Shown here: piece after piece, positions 1 to 57,470 of the stretch
Numbering within the stretch: position 1 is the first letter of the stretch
How the letters are laid out: the number at the start of each line of letters is the position of its first letter
Notes under the pieces: model-generated
What the model saw: only the letters and a program-made list of their open reading frames with translations
The model's database searches: none
What the model was told of the DNA's origin: nothing
Program-made: the position numbers and the translations under genes
Assembly: GCF_009914755.1 (NCBI RefSeq)
Contig: NC_060925.1
Source of the DNA: the human T2T-CHM13v2.0 reference genome, Homo sapiens
Reading direction: 5' to 3' (one strand)
DNA: 64,000 bases

Positions 1-792
1 AGTGGGCAAAAGACATGAACAGATGCTTCTCAAAAGAAGACATATAAGCGGCCAACAAACATAGGAAAGAAATGCTCAGCATCACCAGTAGTCAGAAAAC
101 TGCCAATCAAAACCATAATGAGATACCATCTTACACCAGTCAAAAGTCAAAAAGCAATAGATGTTGGCAAGGCTGCAGAGAAAAGGGAACACATATATTG
201 TCAGTAAAACGTAAATTTGTTCAGCCACTGCAGAAAGCAATTTGGAGATTCCTCAAGGAAGTAAAAATAGAATTATCATTCAATCCAGCAACCCCATTAG
301 TGGGTATATAGCAAAAGGAAAGAAATGATTCTACCAAAAGGACACATGCACTCATAAGTTCATCACCACGCTATTTACAATAGCAAAGACATGGAATCAA
401 CCTAGGTGACTGTCAATGGTAGATCAAATAAAGAAAATGTGGAATATATACACCATGGAATACAATGAAGCCATAAAAAGGTACAAAATCATGCCCTTTG
501 CAGAAATATGGATGGGTCTGGAGGCCATAACCTTAAGCAAATTAATGCAGCAACAGAAAACCAAACACTATATGTTCTCACATTTAGGTGTGAGCTAAAC
601 ATTGAGCACACGTGGATATAAACATGGGAAAAATAGACACTAGGGAGGAAGAGAGGGGTGCATGAGTTAAAAAATACCTATTGTGTACTATGCCCACTAC
701 CTGGGTGATGGGATCATTCGTACACCAAAACTCAGCATCATGCAATATACCCATGTAGCAAACATGCACATGTACCCGTGAATCTAAAATAA
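1..792 (+). mobile_element. L1 3' end (old L1PA/L1PB type), runs off the window start
   Basis: ORF2 C-terminus remnants (WRFLKE, PATPL), L1 3' UTR, A-rich end. Confidence 0.85.
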
Positions 793-2199
793 GTCAAAAT
801 TATTTTTTAAAAATTAGTGAATGTAATCCTGATAAAATTAATAGAATTTTAGAGTTGAAAAGAATCTTAGGAATTATCTATTTTAATATCTTAATTTGCC
901 ACATCATATTATAGAAGGTCAGAGAGGTGGCAAAGTTAGACCCAGAAATCATTTCTCCAGATTTCTAATACAGTGGTTCTTCTTCTGTCTTTTATGACAC
1001 CCAGTGTGTTCTACATGACAATAAATCAATCAGTAAATACCTGCTAAAAATCCTTAATTATGAAAGAAGGCAAAATATAAGGCATGACTGACGCTTCAAA
1101 GAAGCTTACAATTTTGTTAGAGAAATAAGACAAGTACACTATATGAAGATGATAGTAGGTAATTTTAGGTTATTGTCTTTCTGGATGAGAACTGCCTCCT
1201 GCATCCAGATCTCTAGGACTTTAGAACTTTTTTCCCATATGACCCCCATATTCTGGCCACAGGTGATTGGTTTAGAGATTGGCATGTGACCCATGATGGG
1301 CCAATTATAGTATCTCATCCCCCTCCCACTCTGGTAATTGACCAAGGGATGGGTATCTAATCCAAGCCAGGCCAATCAAAGTATTTGCCTAAGAAACTGA
1401 ATGAATCCATACCTTTCCGGTGAGAGAAGCTTTAAAACATAAAACTCAGTTTCTGTTCTTGGCTCTGTTTCTTGTCATATGGACAAAGGTCAGCCTTCGT
1501 AATAGAGAATGGAAGTGACTAAAGGAAGTAGAAACAAAGGAGAGAGAGAGAATGTGTAAGTTCCTGGTTTCGACCGCTCTTGAAATTAGCTGTACCTTGA
1601 CCTTCCCACACTTTCAGTCTTTACTGGGATCTAATAAGTATTTACCACATGTTAAGCACTAATCTAAGCATTTCACAATAAGAACCCATTTAATCCTCAC
1701 AACAATCCTGTGAGGTAAGAATCATTACTACTCTGATATTACAGAAACTAAAAAACAGATTTAGTAATTTGCTTAAGATCACACTACTGGTAAAAGTAAT
1801 CAAGCCTGGATTCAAATTCAGGCAGTGTGTACCAGAACCTGCTCTTTCAACCAGAATGTCATATATATTTCTGTTATACGTTGCATTGCACTAAGTTGCA
1901 GTCATTTATCTCCATGTCTGTCTTCCATGCTAATCTGTGACCTCACTAAAGTCAAGGGCTATATTTAACTTCTTTTTGTATCTTTAAGGCCTACTACAGC
2001 ACCTGGTTAATAGTCAGTAGGGCACTCAGCAAATGCTTGTTGGACTATTGGTAACCCGGGAAAACTGAGGTTACCAGTACCTGACACCAACATACCTAAT
2101 AAAGCTACCTAATAAAGGCAATAACACTGTGGTAAGTGTTTAACTCATTAACTTAAACGTGAGATAATAAAAAATGTTAAACCTTCATCCTCTTAAGTT

Positions 2200-2955
2200 T
2201 CTAAATTTTTCCTTATGGCAAAATATATATAAAATAAAATTTACCTTTTTAACCACTTTTAAGTACACAATTCAGTGGCACTAAATACATTCACACTTTT
2301 GTGCAACCATCACCCCCATCCATCTCTAGAACATTTTAATCTTCCCAAACTGAAACTCTACCCATTAAAAATAACTTCCCATTCTCACCTCTCCCCAGTT
2401 CCTGGCAACCACCATTCAACTTTCTGTCTCTATGAATCTGACTCCTATGGGTGCCTCATAAAAATTGACCCATACAATATTTGTGTCCTTTTGTGACTGG
2501 CTTGTTCCACATAGTATAATGTCTTCAAGGTTCATCCACGTTGTAGCATGTGTCAAAATTTCCTTCCTTCCTCTTTAAGGCTGAATAATATTCAATTGCA
2601 CATATATATCACTTTTCTTATTCATTCATCCATCAATGAACACTTTGGTTGTTAACTGTAAATAATGCTGCTATGAACATGGGTGTACAAATATATGTTC
2701 AAGTTCCTATTTTCAATTCTTTTGGGACACACCTAGAAGTGAAATCGCTGAATTATATGGTAATTCTGTGTTTAAATTTTTGAAGAATCACCATACTATT
2801 TTTCAAGATTGCTGCATCATTTTACATTCCCACCAGCAATGCAGGAGTGTCCCAATTTCTCCACATCCTTGCCAACACTTGTTATTTTATGTTTTTTGTT
2901 TTGTTCGTTTGATGATAATAGCTTCCTAGCAAGTGTGAAGCAGTGTCTCATTGTG
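2200..2955 (-). mobile_element. L1M (L1MB-like) 3' fragment
   Basis: Typical antisense L1MB 3' UTR text (aagtacacaattcagtggcac..., tttacattcccaccagcaatg). Confidence 0.75.
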
Positions 2956-3584
2956 AAGTTTCTAACATTTTTGACCAGTGTTTATCTTTCTGGCAACTCT
3001 GCATATTCTAAATTTCATACTACTCTTGAATCCTACACGGAAAGAAAACTTCTTTGAAATCATAGAAATAAGAACACTTCCCAAAGGATAGTATTCATTC
3101 GATTTTATGCATACTGGTATGGAGGTGCTGAAATACTCTACATTTTGTGCTTAATATTACAAAATTCACACTTTTTCCCTAGTTAACCCTATGTTAGTCT
3201 TTGTCCTGTCTTTAATTGAGCAGTTCATTTAGACCCAATTGACCTTTATTTTGTTTATATCAGCTTTCCAATTTTTCAGTCATTCAAACTTTTTATCCAG
3301 TTCTTCAGGTAAGAGTCATCAACAAGTGAATGAAGAAGCACGTTATTTATTAACTGCATTTTCTAAAATCTAGGGGCACATTTTAAAACATTGTATGCTC
3401 TTTATATTATATATTAATTATTTATTTAAACATTGTATATTTATATTATTTTATATTACTTTATGAAGTATATTATTACTTTATGAAGTATATTATTACC
3501 TTATGAAGTTTTCTCCCTTAAAAACATATTGTCTTAAATAACCATCAAAAGAATTTACTTACAAAAAAAACAGAGCAAACTTTT

Positions 3585-3979
3585 GTGTTCATTCTTTTTT
3601 TTTTTATTATACTTTAAGTTTTAGGGTACATGTGCACATTGTGCAGGTTAGTTACATATGTATACGTGTGCCATGCTGGTGCGCTGCACCCACTAACTCG
3701 TCATCTAGTATTAGGTATATCTCCCAATGCTATCCCTCCCCCCTCCCCCCACCCCACCACAGTCCCCAGAGTGTGATATTCCCCTTCCTGTGTCCATGTG
3801 ATCTCATTGTTCAATTCCCACCTATGAGTGAGAATATGTGGTGTTTGGTTTTTTGTTCTTGCGATAGTTTACTGAGAATGATGATTTCCAATTTCATCCA
3901 TGTCCCTACAAAGGACATGAACTCATCATTTTTTATGGCTGCATAGTATTCCATGGTGTATATGTGCCACATTTTCTTA
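3585..3979 (-). mobile_element. Young 5'-truncated L1PA (L1PA2-like) with TSD ACAGAGCAAACTTTT
   Basis: Near-consensus L1PA 3' UTR; TSD copies at about 3570-3584 and 3980-3994. Confidence 0.88.
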
Positions 3980-4587
3980 ACAGAGCAAACTTTTTATTGA
4001 CTTGTGTGGCAGGTACTTTGTCTAAAAGAAAATTAAAATTGATTTGCTCTGTGACAATCTTCTGAATAAAATATCTCAAAGTTTACAGAAACATTAAATT
4101 TCTATCTAGAGGGAAAACCCGTTACATAAACACTGTATTTCACTAAATAAGGAGCTCAATAATAACTTTCAGCTTGCTTACTTTGAAGCACACATATGTA
4201 GAAAGAAGAAAAACAAGCAGCCCAAGCAATAATTAGTTGGGCAAGTATTTCATTGAAAGAGGGACCTTTCCTTCCAACCATCCCTCCCCCAGGTGTCAAG
4301 AGAATTGTCTAAGCAGGTTTTACAAGAATAATTCAAAAGCTGAAATAAGATATGAATGGCACAGCTGACTCTGTACCAAGAATGAAGGCCATGCCTGGTA
4401 GAGAAATGCAAAGATGTGAATGCCTAGTAAAGAAAGTAGATCAAGCATGAAGGATTATGTGCGTGGCAGTGCTGCCACCATAAGCCTATTTGACCGTAGC
4501 AGAGAAATGATTTATGATAATGCATTTACATTCAAGTCAAACAAATAAAGGCATAGTCTGGCCATTATAGTCAATATGGTGAACATC

Positions 4588-5359
<772 letters not shown>

Positions 5360-5634
5360 TTATGATGAGTAAAAAGCCACCAATCCAAGGTTGGTGAAGA
5401 AGAAATATAGAAAGAACCTGTGCCCTTATTGCCATCATTAAGCAACTATACCAGCCCTAGGCTGCCTTATAAAGAAAATAAATCCATATTTGGTTCAGCC
5501 ACTATTAATCAGGTGTTACAACTGGAAACACTCCTAATAAATAGATATAGGCTATAAGTACTAATGTGTCAAGTGTGGACAAACAAGCTAGCAGGACAGG
5601 GAGAGAGAGGAGGAGTAAAAGACCTGGGTAATCT

Positions 5635-11640
<6,006 letters not shown>

Positions 11641-11786
11641 AGTTGATCCCCAGCTTTTTCATAAATAATGTAGTATTTTTTTAATGTTAAAAGAATGTCA
11701 GGAATCTACTTCCCCAATTCACATACATAATAATAACAGCCTCTATTTGTTGAACACTTACTATGTGACAGGCAGTGTTCTAAGTG

Positions 11787-11790
<4 letters not shown>

Positions 11791-11834
<44 letters not shown>
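11791..11834. repeat. (AT)n microsatellite
   Basis: About 22 pure AT units. Confidence 0.97.
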
Positions 11835-11840
<6 letters not shown>

Positions 11841-14800
11841 CATATTTTTTAATTCTTCGTGTTGGAAGTTTAATTAGAAGTAGAAATATAGGACATTTTC
11901 TACCTCTGTGATTTTGACATCGCTTTTGAACACAATTCTGGTATGTGTTCTTCCTTCATAAAATATAGAATACAATAGTAAAATAAAATAAAAATAACAG
12001 AGTAAAATAAAATATTAAAATTCTACCAATTCTTTAAGACCTAGCTGAAATATCATCATTTTCTCACTCCATCACTAGCCCTGACTCACCCAGGGAATCC
12101 CTAGGGTCATGATTCCTTGTTCTTTCCTCCTTGCTATCATATAATTTTATTATGGCACTTATGAGATTATATCATAGGTCTTCACTGGGACATTGCCTTC
12201 ACGAGATTATGGATTCCTTAAGGGCAACAACTTTTTATTTTCTCAGCTTATCACAAAGGAAATACACCATAAACATGTAAGGAATTAGTATAATCACTAT
12301 ATGACCTGCTAAATTTGTTTTTCCCAGACAAGATTTCTATTGCTCCCCAGTAACAAAAGTTAAAAGCTTCTGCATTAGAAAAAAGAAAATTGTAAAATTT
12401 GTCAGAATCTGGTTTTTGCACTGGCATTTTAATCATTTATTTTAATATTCTTCCTCAAATAGAGGGGCTGACTGACCATAAGTTGGTCTCCTTACCAGGG
12501 AAAATGACGTATCTTCAAGGAATGCAGCATAGGGGTTATAAGTGTGACTTGGAGACGGACCAGTGTTTCAGTTTACTTCTAACACCCAATGGCTGTGTGA
12601 CTTTCAGCAAGCTATTAAAGCTGAGTTTTCTCATTTGTAAAATGAGAAATAGTGTCTGCTCTTGAGGTTGTTGTGCGGATTAAAAAAGTTAATACATATA
12701 AATAATGTAACATAGTGCTTAGCATACATACAATAAGTGCTTAATAAATATTATTTGTAAGACATGACACCCTATCTTAAGCAGGTTTTCCTGAAGTAGG
12801 TCCTGTGACAAGGATTTATGTACAAGTAATTCGCCAAATAAGTTCTCAAGAAAGAAAAAAAAAAGGGTACGGGAGGAAGTGGACAAGAGAAGAATCCAAG
12901 CAGGGATATGAGTACAGGCAAAGTCCCACGGGGGCAGCATCAAGCTTGTCCACAGGGATCTGTAGTGTGTACGTTACACCTCAGAACTGGTCCCAACCCA
13001 AAGTGAAGGCATTCAGATTTCATATCGCTGAACTGTCAGTCATTGGCTATGTACCACTTCAGAGGATGTAAAGTACCTTCTGGCTCTCTATGTAAGTGGG
13101 TAAAATAGCTCTCATAGTCTGAAGGCTGTCCTCCAAAGAAAAGTTGCAGGTATGGGCCTTTGCAAGCAAATGCATGTTATGCAGAAAGAAGAAGCACACA
13201 GGAACACTCAAAGAGATATGAGGGGATTTGGGCAGTGCACCATACTCCAAGGTATAACCAACCAGGCAAAACATAACTACCCATTGCATGGCATAAAGAC
13301 AAATACACATAGGTTCAAATCCCATCTCCTCCCTTTTCCTGGCTATACAAACTTTGACAATTTACTTAATATCTCTGAGTATCTATTTCACCATTTATAG
13401 AAAGGGGATGATAATACCTATCTCAAAGACTGATTATGAAAATTAAATAAGTTCATGTAAAGTAACTATCAAAATATCTGAGAGTTACCAGGTAACTCTC
13501 AGAATATAGTTATAAGAATATCAGACATAGTTATATAGTTATCAGAATATCAGACATACTCAGTATGCTCTGTAAATATTAATTCTCCCCAATCTTTGTA
13601 GGATTTCTTATATATAAAAAAGAATGGATTTTAGACTATGAATTGATAAATCTATAAGTACTTTCTCCTGGCATAACATTCTTTGGACAAACTCTCTTCA
13701 AAGCAATTTTGTTCAAAGGCTATTTCTCCTTGTGGCTTTTTCAATTCTTCTGATTATACAAAGCGAAATATTTAAATGTAAGAGCCATATGTTAGAATAT
13801 TTCTGTAGCATCCGCTAAGCTTACAGCTTCTAAGAAGAAAGGGATGCCTTAAGCTCAGGGCACAGCTGATGTACAAATAGCAGCAGCAGAAGCAGCAGCT
13901 AGAGAGAGTAAGGAGAGGTTGGTGCAGCGCTGGTGAGCAGGAAGCCATGAGAAGAGATCACATGGGGCTAAAAGTCAAATGTCTCCAGTTTAAGTTTTGC
14001 CATTAAGTCAGTTACCTTCCTTGGACATCAGTGTTCTCATCTGTAACATCAGTGGTTGAATTAGATGGTCTCTAAGGTATTTTCCAGCAAGAAAATTCTC
14101 TCATATGGATATTCAAAATCTCAACTCCTAAATCCTGGATCTAGAAGATTTCCTGTTATGGTAAAAAGGGTACAAAAGTTCAGAGAAGTGAAATGACTGG
14201 CTGAATTGCTCAGGGGAGTCTTCATAAAGAAGTAGAAGTTAAGCTGGATAGAATTAGAAAAATGAGTATGGTCAAGGGGATAATAGTGGAAAGTAAAAAT
14301 AATTTTCCACAAATTTTGACTAGAGAAAAAGATTTATCATAGATAATATTGGGAGATAAAACTAGAAATTATAATCTGGAACTACATTATGATGAATTCT
14401 GAATAGCAAGTAAAGGATTGTGCCAACCTGAAGGTAATGATGAACTCCTGAAGAACTTGAGAAAGAAAAGTTAGTATTATACATTAGATAATTTGATGTT
14501 GTGCAAGATTGGACTGGAAGATATTGCTAAGAAATCTTTAAGAAGACTGCCAGATTGTCCAGTTATGAGATGAAATGAGGGTTTTATACCATTTTGTTAA
14601 TCTGCAGAGAGGTTAAACAGAGCACAGTTCTCTAACTGTGGAATGGAATAATCTCCAACAGTTTATCTATACATAAAGAACCTGTAAATTTCCCTTTGTT
14701 CATGTAAGACTATATTGCTCTTTATACATATTATCACCTCCCCTTGATGGGTTTGAATGTGCAAGTTTGGGAGTAGGAGCAGGAAAGAGCTGTAGCACTA

Positions 14801-14908
14801 CTTTGTAGAACAGAGAGAAAGTATTTGGAGTTCCAGAAATTTAACAATCCTAGAAGGAAGGGGTAAAAATCAGAGAATGAGGGAAGGCGAGGGGAAAACT
14901 GGACACTA

Positions 14909-15472
<564 letters not shown>

Positions 15473-16139
15473 TTAATAAGTATGGCTTGACCTCAAGTCA
15501 CAATTGGGATTTCTAATGCTTCTCTCCAAGCGTAGAGCTCATAGAGACACTCCCTCTTTCAAAGATACCTGCATCTGACTAGGTGCAAAGGGAATCCCAA
15601 CCTCACGTAAGTTGGCACTGGGAATAGGAAAGAGAGACTGGTTTCTGGATCTGCCTCTAGAAGGCAAGACATGACCCTGAACCACATGTGCTTAGCACAA
15701 GGAATCCAGAGCACAAGGAATACACACACTACAGATAGAGAGATCCAAAAGGAAAGAGGAAGAAACTAAGCCTCACATAATAAATTCCAACTTATTTATA
15801 TCTCAGGTTCTGTGTTGATAGTGTATAGCTTATAATAATTAAAATCCAATGTTGCCTTCAGAAAATTGTATAAGGATAAGTAACTCAGTTTTTCAGTTCA
15901 AAAAGAGGCTCTTTTCATTTTTTTAAATAAAAAGTTTACACATATTATTTCTTCCAGAAATAAAAAATGAAATCATCGACCACACATCTACCTCAGTAAG
16001 AATCCAAATTTTCTCATAAAGAAAATGACTATTACTCTCTTAGCATGTAATTGACTCATGATTTAAAAGTCCAGTGACAGGAGACCTCTCTGTTGCCATG
16101 GAAATCAGAAGTCCTGACTCTCTCTGGAGAATTCATTGT

Positions 16140-16665
16140 TAATGGAGCTAGACAGTAGAATGATGATTACCAGAGGGTGGGAACATGGGAGGATGAAGAG
16201 AGGTTGGTTAATGGGTACAAACATACAGTTAGGTAGAAGGAATAAGTTCTAATGTTCAATAGCAGCATAGTAGGGTTACTACAGTTAACGATAATTTATT
16301 GTATATTTCAAAAGAGCTAGAGGCCTGGTGCAGTGGCTCACACTTGTAATCCCAGCACTTTGGGAGGCCAAGGCAGATGGATCACCTGAGGTCAGGAGTT
16401 TGAGACCAGTATAGCCAACATGGTGAAACCTTGTCTTTACTAAATATACAAAATTAGCCGGCATGGTGCACAGCTATAATCCCAGCTATTTGGGAGGCTG
16501 AGGCTAGGAAAAAAAAAGCTTTAAAATGTTTCCAACACACACAAAAAAAGATAAATATTTGAGGTGATGGATATTCTAATTACCCTGATTTGATCATCGT
16601 TATGCATGTACCAGAATATCACATGAAGCTCATAAATATGTACAATTACTATTTCTCAATAAAAA
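16140..16665 (+). mobile_element. L1MA 3' end interrupted by a partial Alu (16322-16518)
   Basis: gtagaatgatgattaccagagg... L1 3' UTR; Alu left arm plus part of the right arm. Confidence 0.8.
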
Positions 16666-18359
16666 AGAGAGAAAAACAAATATGGTGTTATTCTGATAGT
16701 AGTATCTGTGAAAACACAAGCTTGTTATGTTGGATACATTTTTCTATTACACACTAAACAAATACATAACAACTGATTTTTTTGTAACTCTTTTTTGACC
16801 CAGTGACAGACAAGGAAACTCATACTTTTTGAGTGACTCAAGTGAGCCTGTTTGCCTGAGTTGAATTGAATCTAGGTTTGACTCACTTAGCACAGTCTTT
16901 TCTGATTTATGACAAGCCAGCTTCTGCTGGAATGTCTACCTGAGGTTGGGTTGATGGAGGCAGTGGCCCTTATAGCTGGACCAGCTGACCTGGAAACTGT
17001 ATTATGTAGACTAGTAATGGAAGGGGGTGTCTCTGAGGCCACCAGAGCAGCTTCCCACTTTCCTCTTTTAGAAGAGTATTAGAAACTCAACCAGGGGGAT
17101 AGATGGAAAACAAGACAAGGATATACATTTGTCTCCAATGTCGAGGTTCCTGTGACACCAGGAAAAAGTAGGGAGAGACTGTTATAAATAGGCACCTTTT
17201 TTCACCAGGCTGCATGTGCTCATTGCCTGAGGGGAGCTTCTTCTAACTGCTTTGGCAAAGAGGAATTCTCTCCCAAATGTATAACTCAGAGTTTCCTGAG
17301 TTTTTTAAGGTTATAATAGCACCTCCTCAAAATAAATACTCCCGCAAACAATAGAGGGGATCTAAGTCCATCAGGCTTCTTCAACATTTCAAAGGCCTTG
17401 GACAAGCTTCTGTTTAGGCATTGTGATAAGCTGTTATTTTGGTTAAAATGATAATCATTCATTTATTCATTTAGTCAACGAGTCAGAAGGGATTTCCTGA
17501 ACACAAGTTCTATGGGATGGGATCATGCTTGGTTTTCTTGGAGCCACCAAAGCTGGAGTTCAGGGAGAAGCAGGGAGCAGGAGGAAGGGAGGGTCAGTGA
17601 GGGCAAGACTGCATAGGATGTATTTGTTAATACCCAGTCTATTCACTCCAGATAATCACAGTTTCCCAGAGCTGCTCCTTTTTATAAAAACTTACTACAT
17701 TACTTGCCTAGCAAAACAGCATTGCCTTGTGATGGAGAGATTAAATCCATGGGCTCTGGGATAAGAATGCTGGGTTCAGATCCTGACTTTACCAGTTACT
17801 AGCCATGTGATATTGGCAAGTTACTTAAATCTGTGTGCCTCAGTTCCTCCATACATAAAATGAAGGTAATATGCATACTTGCCTTACAGAGTTGCAGTGA
17901 GGGTTAAGTGAGACAATCTGTGCTCTGGTAAGAACTGAATAAATGTAAACTATTAATGTGATTCACTCTGCCTCAATAGTAACCAGCAAACTACCAGATA
18001 AAGTTTTTGATGTGCTTGTATGGAAATAAATTTTATTATTTCTTTACTGGACAGTATTTTTTAGGTAAATAATTTGATTGCTAAATTTATCAAAGTCTTT
18101 AAAATCTTTAATTTGGACCTCAAACCCATCTTAACTAATTTGCTGTTATTTACATTTAACTATCTTATCTCTTCCATTATTTATACCATTGTAATGCTGA
18201 TAAATTGCTTTGTAAAAATAGAAGACATTAGTATTACTGTATCTGTTCATTTTATTATGGATTTTTATTAATTTTCACATTCTACTCTACAGAAAATATA
18301 AAGTATATGTCTATGTTTAGGAAATTCATCAAAATTAGAAAGTATAGAAAATGTGTCCC

Positions 18360-20850
<2,491 letters not shown>

Positions 20851-21062
20851 TCCCTGTTGTCAAGGAGCCCTTAGAATATCAACAATGACAACAATAAAGA
20901 AAACGTGTTCCAACAGGAAAATGTGCAATGCATTTTATAAAATGATCTGATTTATTCTGACTCTTAGTCACTTTTATGTAACATATAATTAAGCAATCAG
21001 GTGAATTAGTCATGTATTTTCTCATGTAATGTACCTTTATACAGTCAACATCCCATAATCAG

Positions 21063-21095
21063 CCAATACTGGTAAGTTTTAGGAACGTATATAAA
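21063..21095 (+). promoter_or_regulatory. CLCA4: CLCA4 core promoter: CCAAT (21063-21067) and TATA box TATATAAA (21088-21095)
   Basis: TATA about 65 nt upstream of the ATG implies a TSS near 21120 and a short 5' UTR. Confidence 0.75.
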
Positions 21096-21160
21096 GAGAA
21101 AGAAAAGAAAAGCCTCTTGAACAAACCAACATTTGAGCCAGGAATAACTAGAGAGGAACA

Positions 21161-54386
<33,226 letters not shown>

Positions 54387-54772
54387 ACCTTAACGAAGAA
54401 AAAAATCTTCAAGTAGACCTAGAAGAGAGTTTTAAAAAACAAAACAATGTAAGTAAAGGATATTTCTGAATCTTAAAATTCATCCCATGTGTGATCATAA
54501 ACTCATAAAAATAATTTTAAGATGTCAGAAAAGGATACTTTGATTAAATAAAAACACTCATGGATATGTAAAAACTGTCAAGATTAAAATTTAATAGTTT
54601 CATTTATTTGTTATTTTATTTGTAAGAAATAGTGATGAACAAAGATCCTTTTTCATACTGATACCTGGTTGTATATTATTTGATGCAACAGTTTTCTGAA
54701 ATGATATTTCAAATTGCATCAAGAAATTAAAATCATCTATCTGAGTAGTCAAAATACAAGTAAAGGAGAGCA

Positions 54773-54778
54773 AATAAA
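54773..54778 (+). terminator. CLCA4: CLCA4 polyadenylation signal AATAAA (a proximal AATAAA also lies at 54547-54552)
   Basis: AATAAA followed about 25 nt later by a GT/T-rich tract (ttggtgttggtattatt). Confidence 0.7.
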
Positions 54779-56227
54779 CAACATTTGGAAAAAAATGAAT
54801 TTGGTGTTGGTATTATTAAGTATAAATTGATGATCTCATATTCATCCAAAGCCTCCAACTGTACCCTACAATTGCCAAGGTTATGTTTACTACAGTTCAT
54901 GGATATGGAGAAAACTAGAAAAAAAATCTAAATCAATTACCACCTGTCAAACTATAATTTTTCCTGATTTTATTTTGATATAAACATATATCTATCTCTT
55001 TTCATTTAAAAAGCCATACCTATCTGCATACTTTTTGTTTTATCATAGGAAAGAATTACTGAAACTACTATCTATTGCCCTTGTTTTCAGATAAAGAAAG
55101 CTAAATATTTTTAAAACAATATTTTCATTCATCTCTCAGGGTCACAACCGTATTGACTAATGAGATCACTTAAGGAGAAAATGTGGGTTGAAAGGAGTAG
55201 TTTTATATGGCAGACCATAGCCAGGTCAGCCAGAGGCCCTAATGATGTAAACAAAATGGAACACAGAGCATGTTACAATGGTGTAAGATGGTGCAGAAGG
55301 AACTTCCCCTCATAGGAGTAGGTAGACTTTGAGTCCAAGTTTACAAGCATACGGTTTCCTTGTACTTCCAATGGGTGGTTTTCTCATGTTTCACAGGAAT
55401 TTTTATTACTATAACTCAGCATCCTGAGGAACTAGAGAGGACCTGAAGAACAGCATCCACTCATTTGCATTCTTATCTCAGGTAGCATTGTCAGGAATTC
55501 TTTGCTCTTTGGAAGTAAATGAAAATGAAAGCCATATAAGCTGAGTCCAGGGGTCACTTTTAACAATCTTCAAACATAGATCTTGACCTGGCATAAAGAA
55601 TTTGGTGTGATTAGCAGGGCTGACAAAAAAGGCCTTGTAGTTTAAGTTGGAAGTAGTAAAGGAGCAAAGGAAGAGGAAGTAAGTGGGAGACTCCTGACTC
55701 TAGGAAGATTTGACTTCCTCTCAAAGCATGCAGAAGAAAATGTGCAGAGGAAAATGAGCTGCGCACTAGGGCATTTGGAGACTAAGCTGTTGAGGCAATG
55801 GGTCTATTGGCACTATTAGCTCCTCTAGCAGACTGGTACCTGTTTGGCCAGTTGCTAATGGCTAGGGATGTACAAGAGAAAATGCAGGAAAAACATTAAT
55901 TGTAGAGCACCTGGCCTTTACCAAGAGGGGAATGAAGGCCTGAAATTCTATGTTGGCACCAGAAATATCATATATCAGTCAGATTTTCTTTATGTCCTTT
56001 CCACCCATTCACCCCATTACTCTGGAGGCAAAGCCTCCCAGCCTGGTTACTTCCCTCTCTGAGGTTCTAGTGCAATATCTAGGCTCAGGTGGGTCCCAGT
56101 AGTGGGCTCTCTCCTCCCAGGTCAAGCTCTGATTTCATTCTATTCCCAGGTCTGCATCAAGTAGTTATTTGTGAATTCTTAAGAATCAGAAAGATAACTA
56201 AATCATTACCATTGTTGTAGTCAATAC

Positions 56228-56396
56228 AGGCTACATAATTTATGCTGCTCACTGAAAAATGAAAATAAGAGGCCTTTGCTTTAAAATTAGTAAGAATTTC
56301 AAGACACCAACAGCTAAACATTAAACCAAGTTCAGGGCCCTTCTAAGCAGAGCTCCAAGCAACTGCACAGATGGTATGTCCACAAAACCAGCCCTG
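56228..56396 (-). mobile_element. MER45A-like hAT MITE
   Basis: ctacataattt...aaatgaaaat...aagaatttcaagac...cattaaaccaag...gggcccttct...ctgcacag...ccagccctg. Confidence 0.7.
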
Positions 56397-57019
56397 GCTG
56401 TAGTCCAGGATAAACTAGCGATTGTACCTACAGTATGAAGTCTCTGTGTGGGTTGTCCATTACAACCACCTAGCAGCATTCATGGTCTAGTAGTTGATTT
56501 AGTTAATCATGAAAAAACTACCACATTTAGGAAGGTAAGTTTAGGCTCATTGCCTCTTGCAGGGAATCTGGCAACAGAAAATACACCTAAGATATTCCAT
56601 TAAGGAAGAGAGGCAGCCCTGTATGGGAGAGGACTAACCCTCTACGGACCTCAGAGACTCGAATGTCTACAGGGTTCCTGAATAGAAAAAAACCTGTATC
56701 ACTAGCTATCCAAGTCAGTGTTACTCCTTGGGGTGGGAAGTCTACAGTGTCACAAGCTAGGTCTGCCCAAGCTCTAGCACAGAGAGATGGTATGCATTCA
56801 TAGTCACAGCTGCTCAGCTAGGACTGAGAGAACTACCTTTCCATGCTTCTATTCATGCCACTGAGATGGCTGCTGTCACAGGCCAGAGTGCCCCAGTACA
56901 GCATGTGTAAGTGTGGGGACCCAAACCACAGTGCCTGATGAACATTCACACCAGCATAAAATAGGACTAAAAGGAGTTCAACTCAAAGCAACACTGAAGT
57001 GATCCAGGCCTATTGCAGC

Positions 57020-57470
57020 CAAACAGAAAAGTATGGTAGCTAATCCCCAAAAATGTTTCCAAAGATCCACAATTCCAATTATTTGTAGCCTTATGTAGTT
57101 CTTTCTCACATTGGATGTCAGCTGGGTGAATGATGTACCTTAATTAACATAACACAGAAAAATGATAGATGTTTCCATTTTAGTGTTCTTGGGAACCCTG
57201 ACCTACCATGTTAAAATACAGCTATGCTAATGGAGAGACCACTGGAGAGGTTCCAGGAATACATGCAGAATAAAAAGAGGACTAATTAACTCTCGCTGTT
57301 TCCCAGCCTCTAGATGACTCCATTTGCAGTCACCAGACTCTAAGCCTAACCAGCAAAAGAACCTCCCATTTAAGCCCAGACAACCAATAGAATCATAGAA
57401 AAAAGAAAATGATTGATGTTTTGAGCCACTAAGTTTTGGGATGGTTTGGTCCACAGTGCTAGATTACCCA
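57020..57470 (+). mobile_element. MLT1-type MaLR LTR
   Basis: Ends in the typical MLT1 text ttttgagccactaagttttgggatggtttg. Confidence 0.6.

Noticed and set aside
3455-3510. Three copies of a 20-bp AT-rich unit (TTACTTTATGAAGTATATTA)
   Set aside because: Ordinary short slippage minisatellite with no sign of function.
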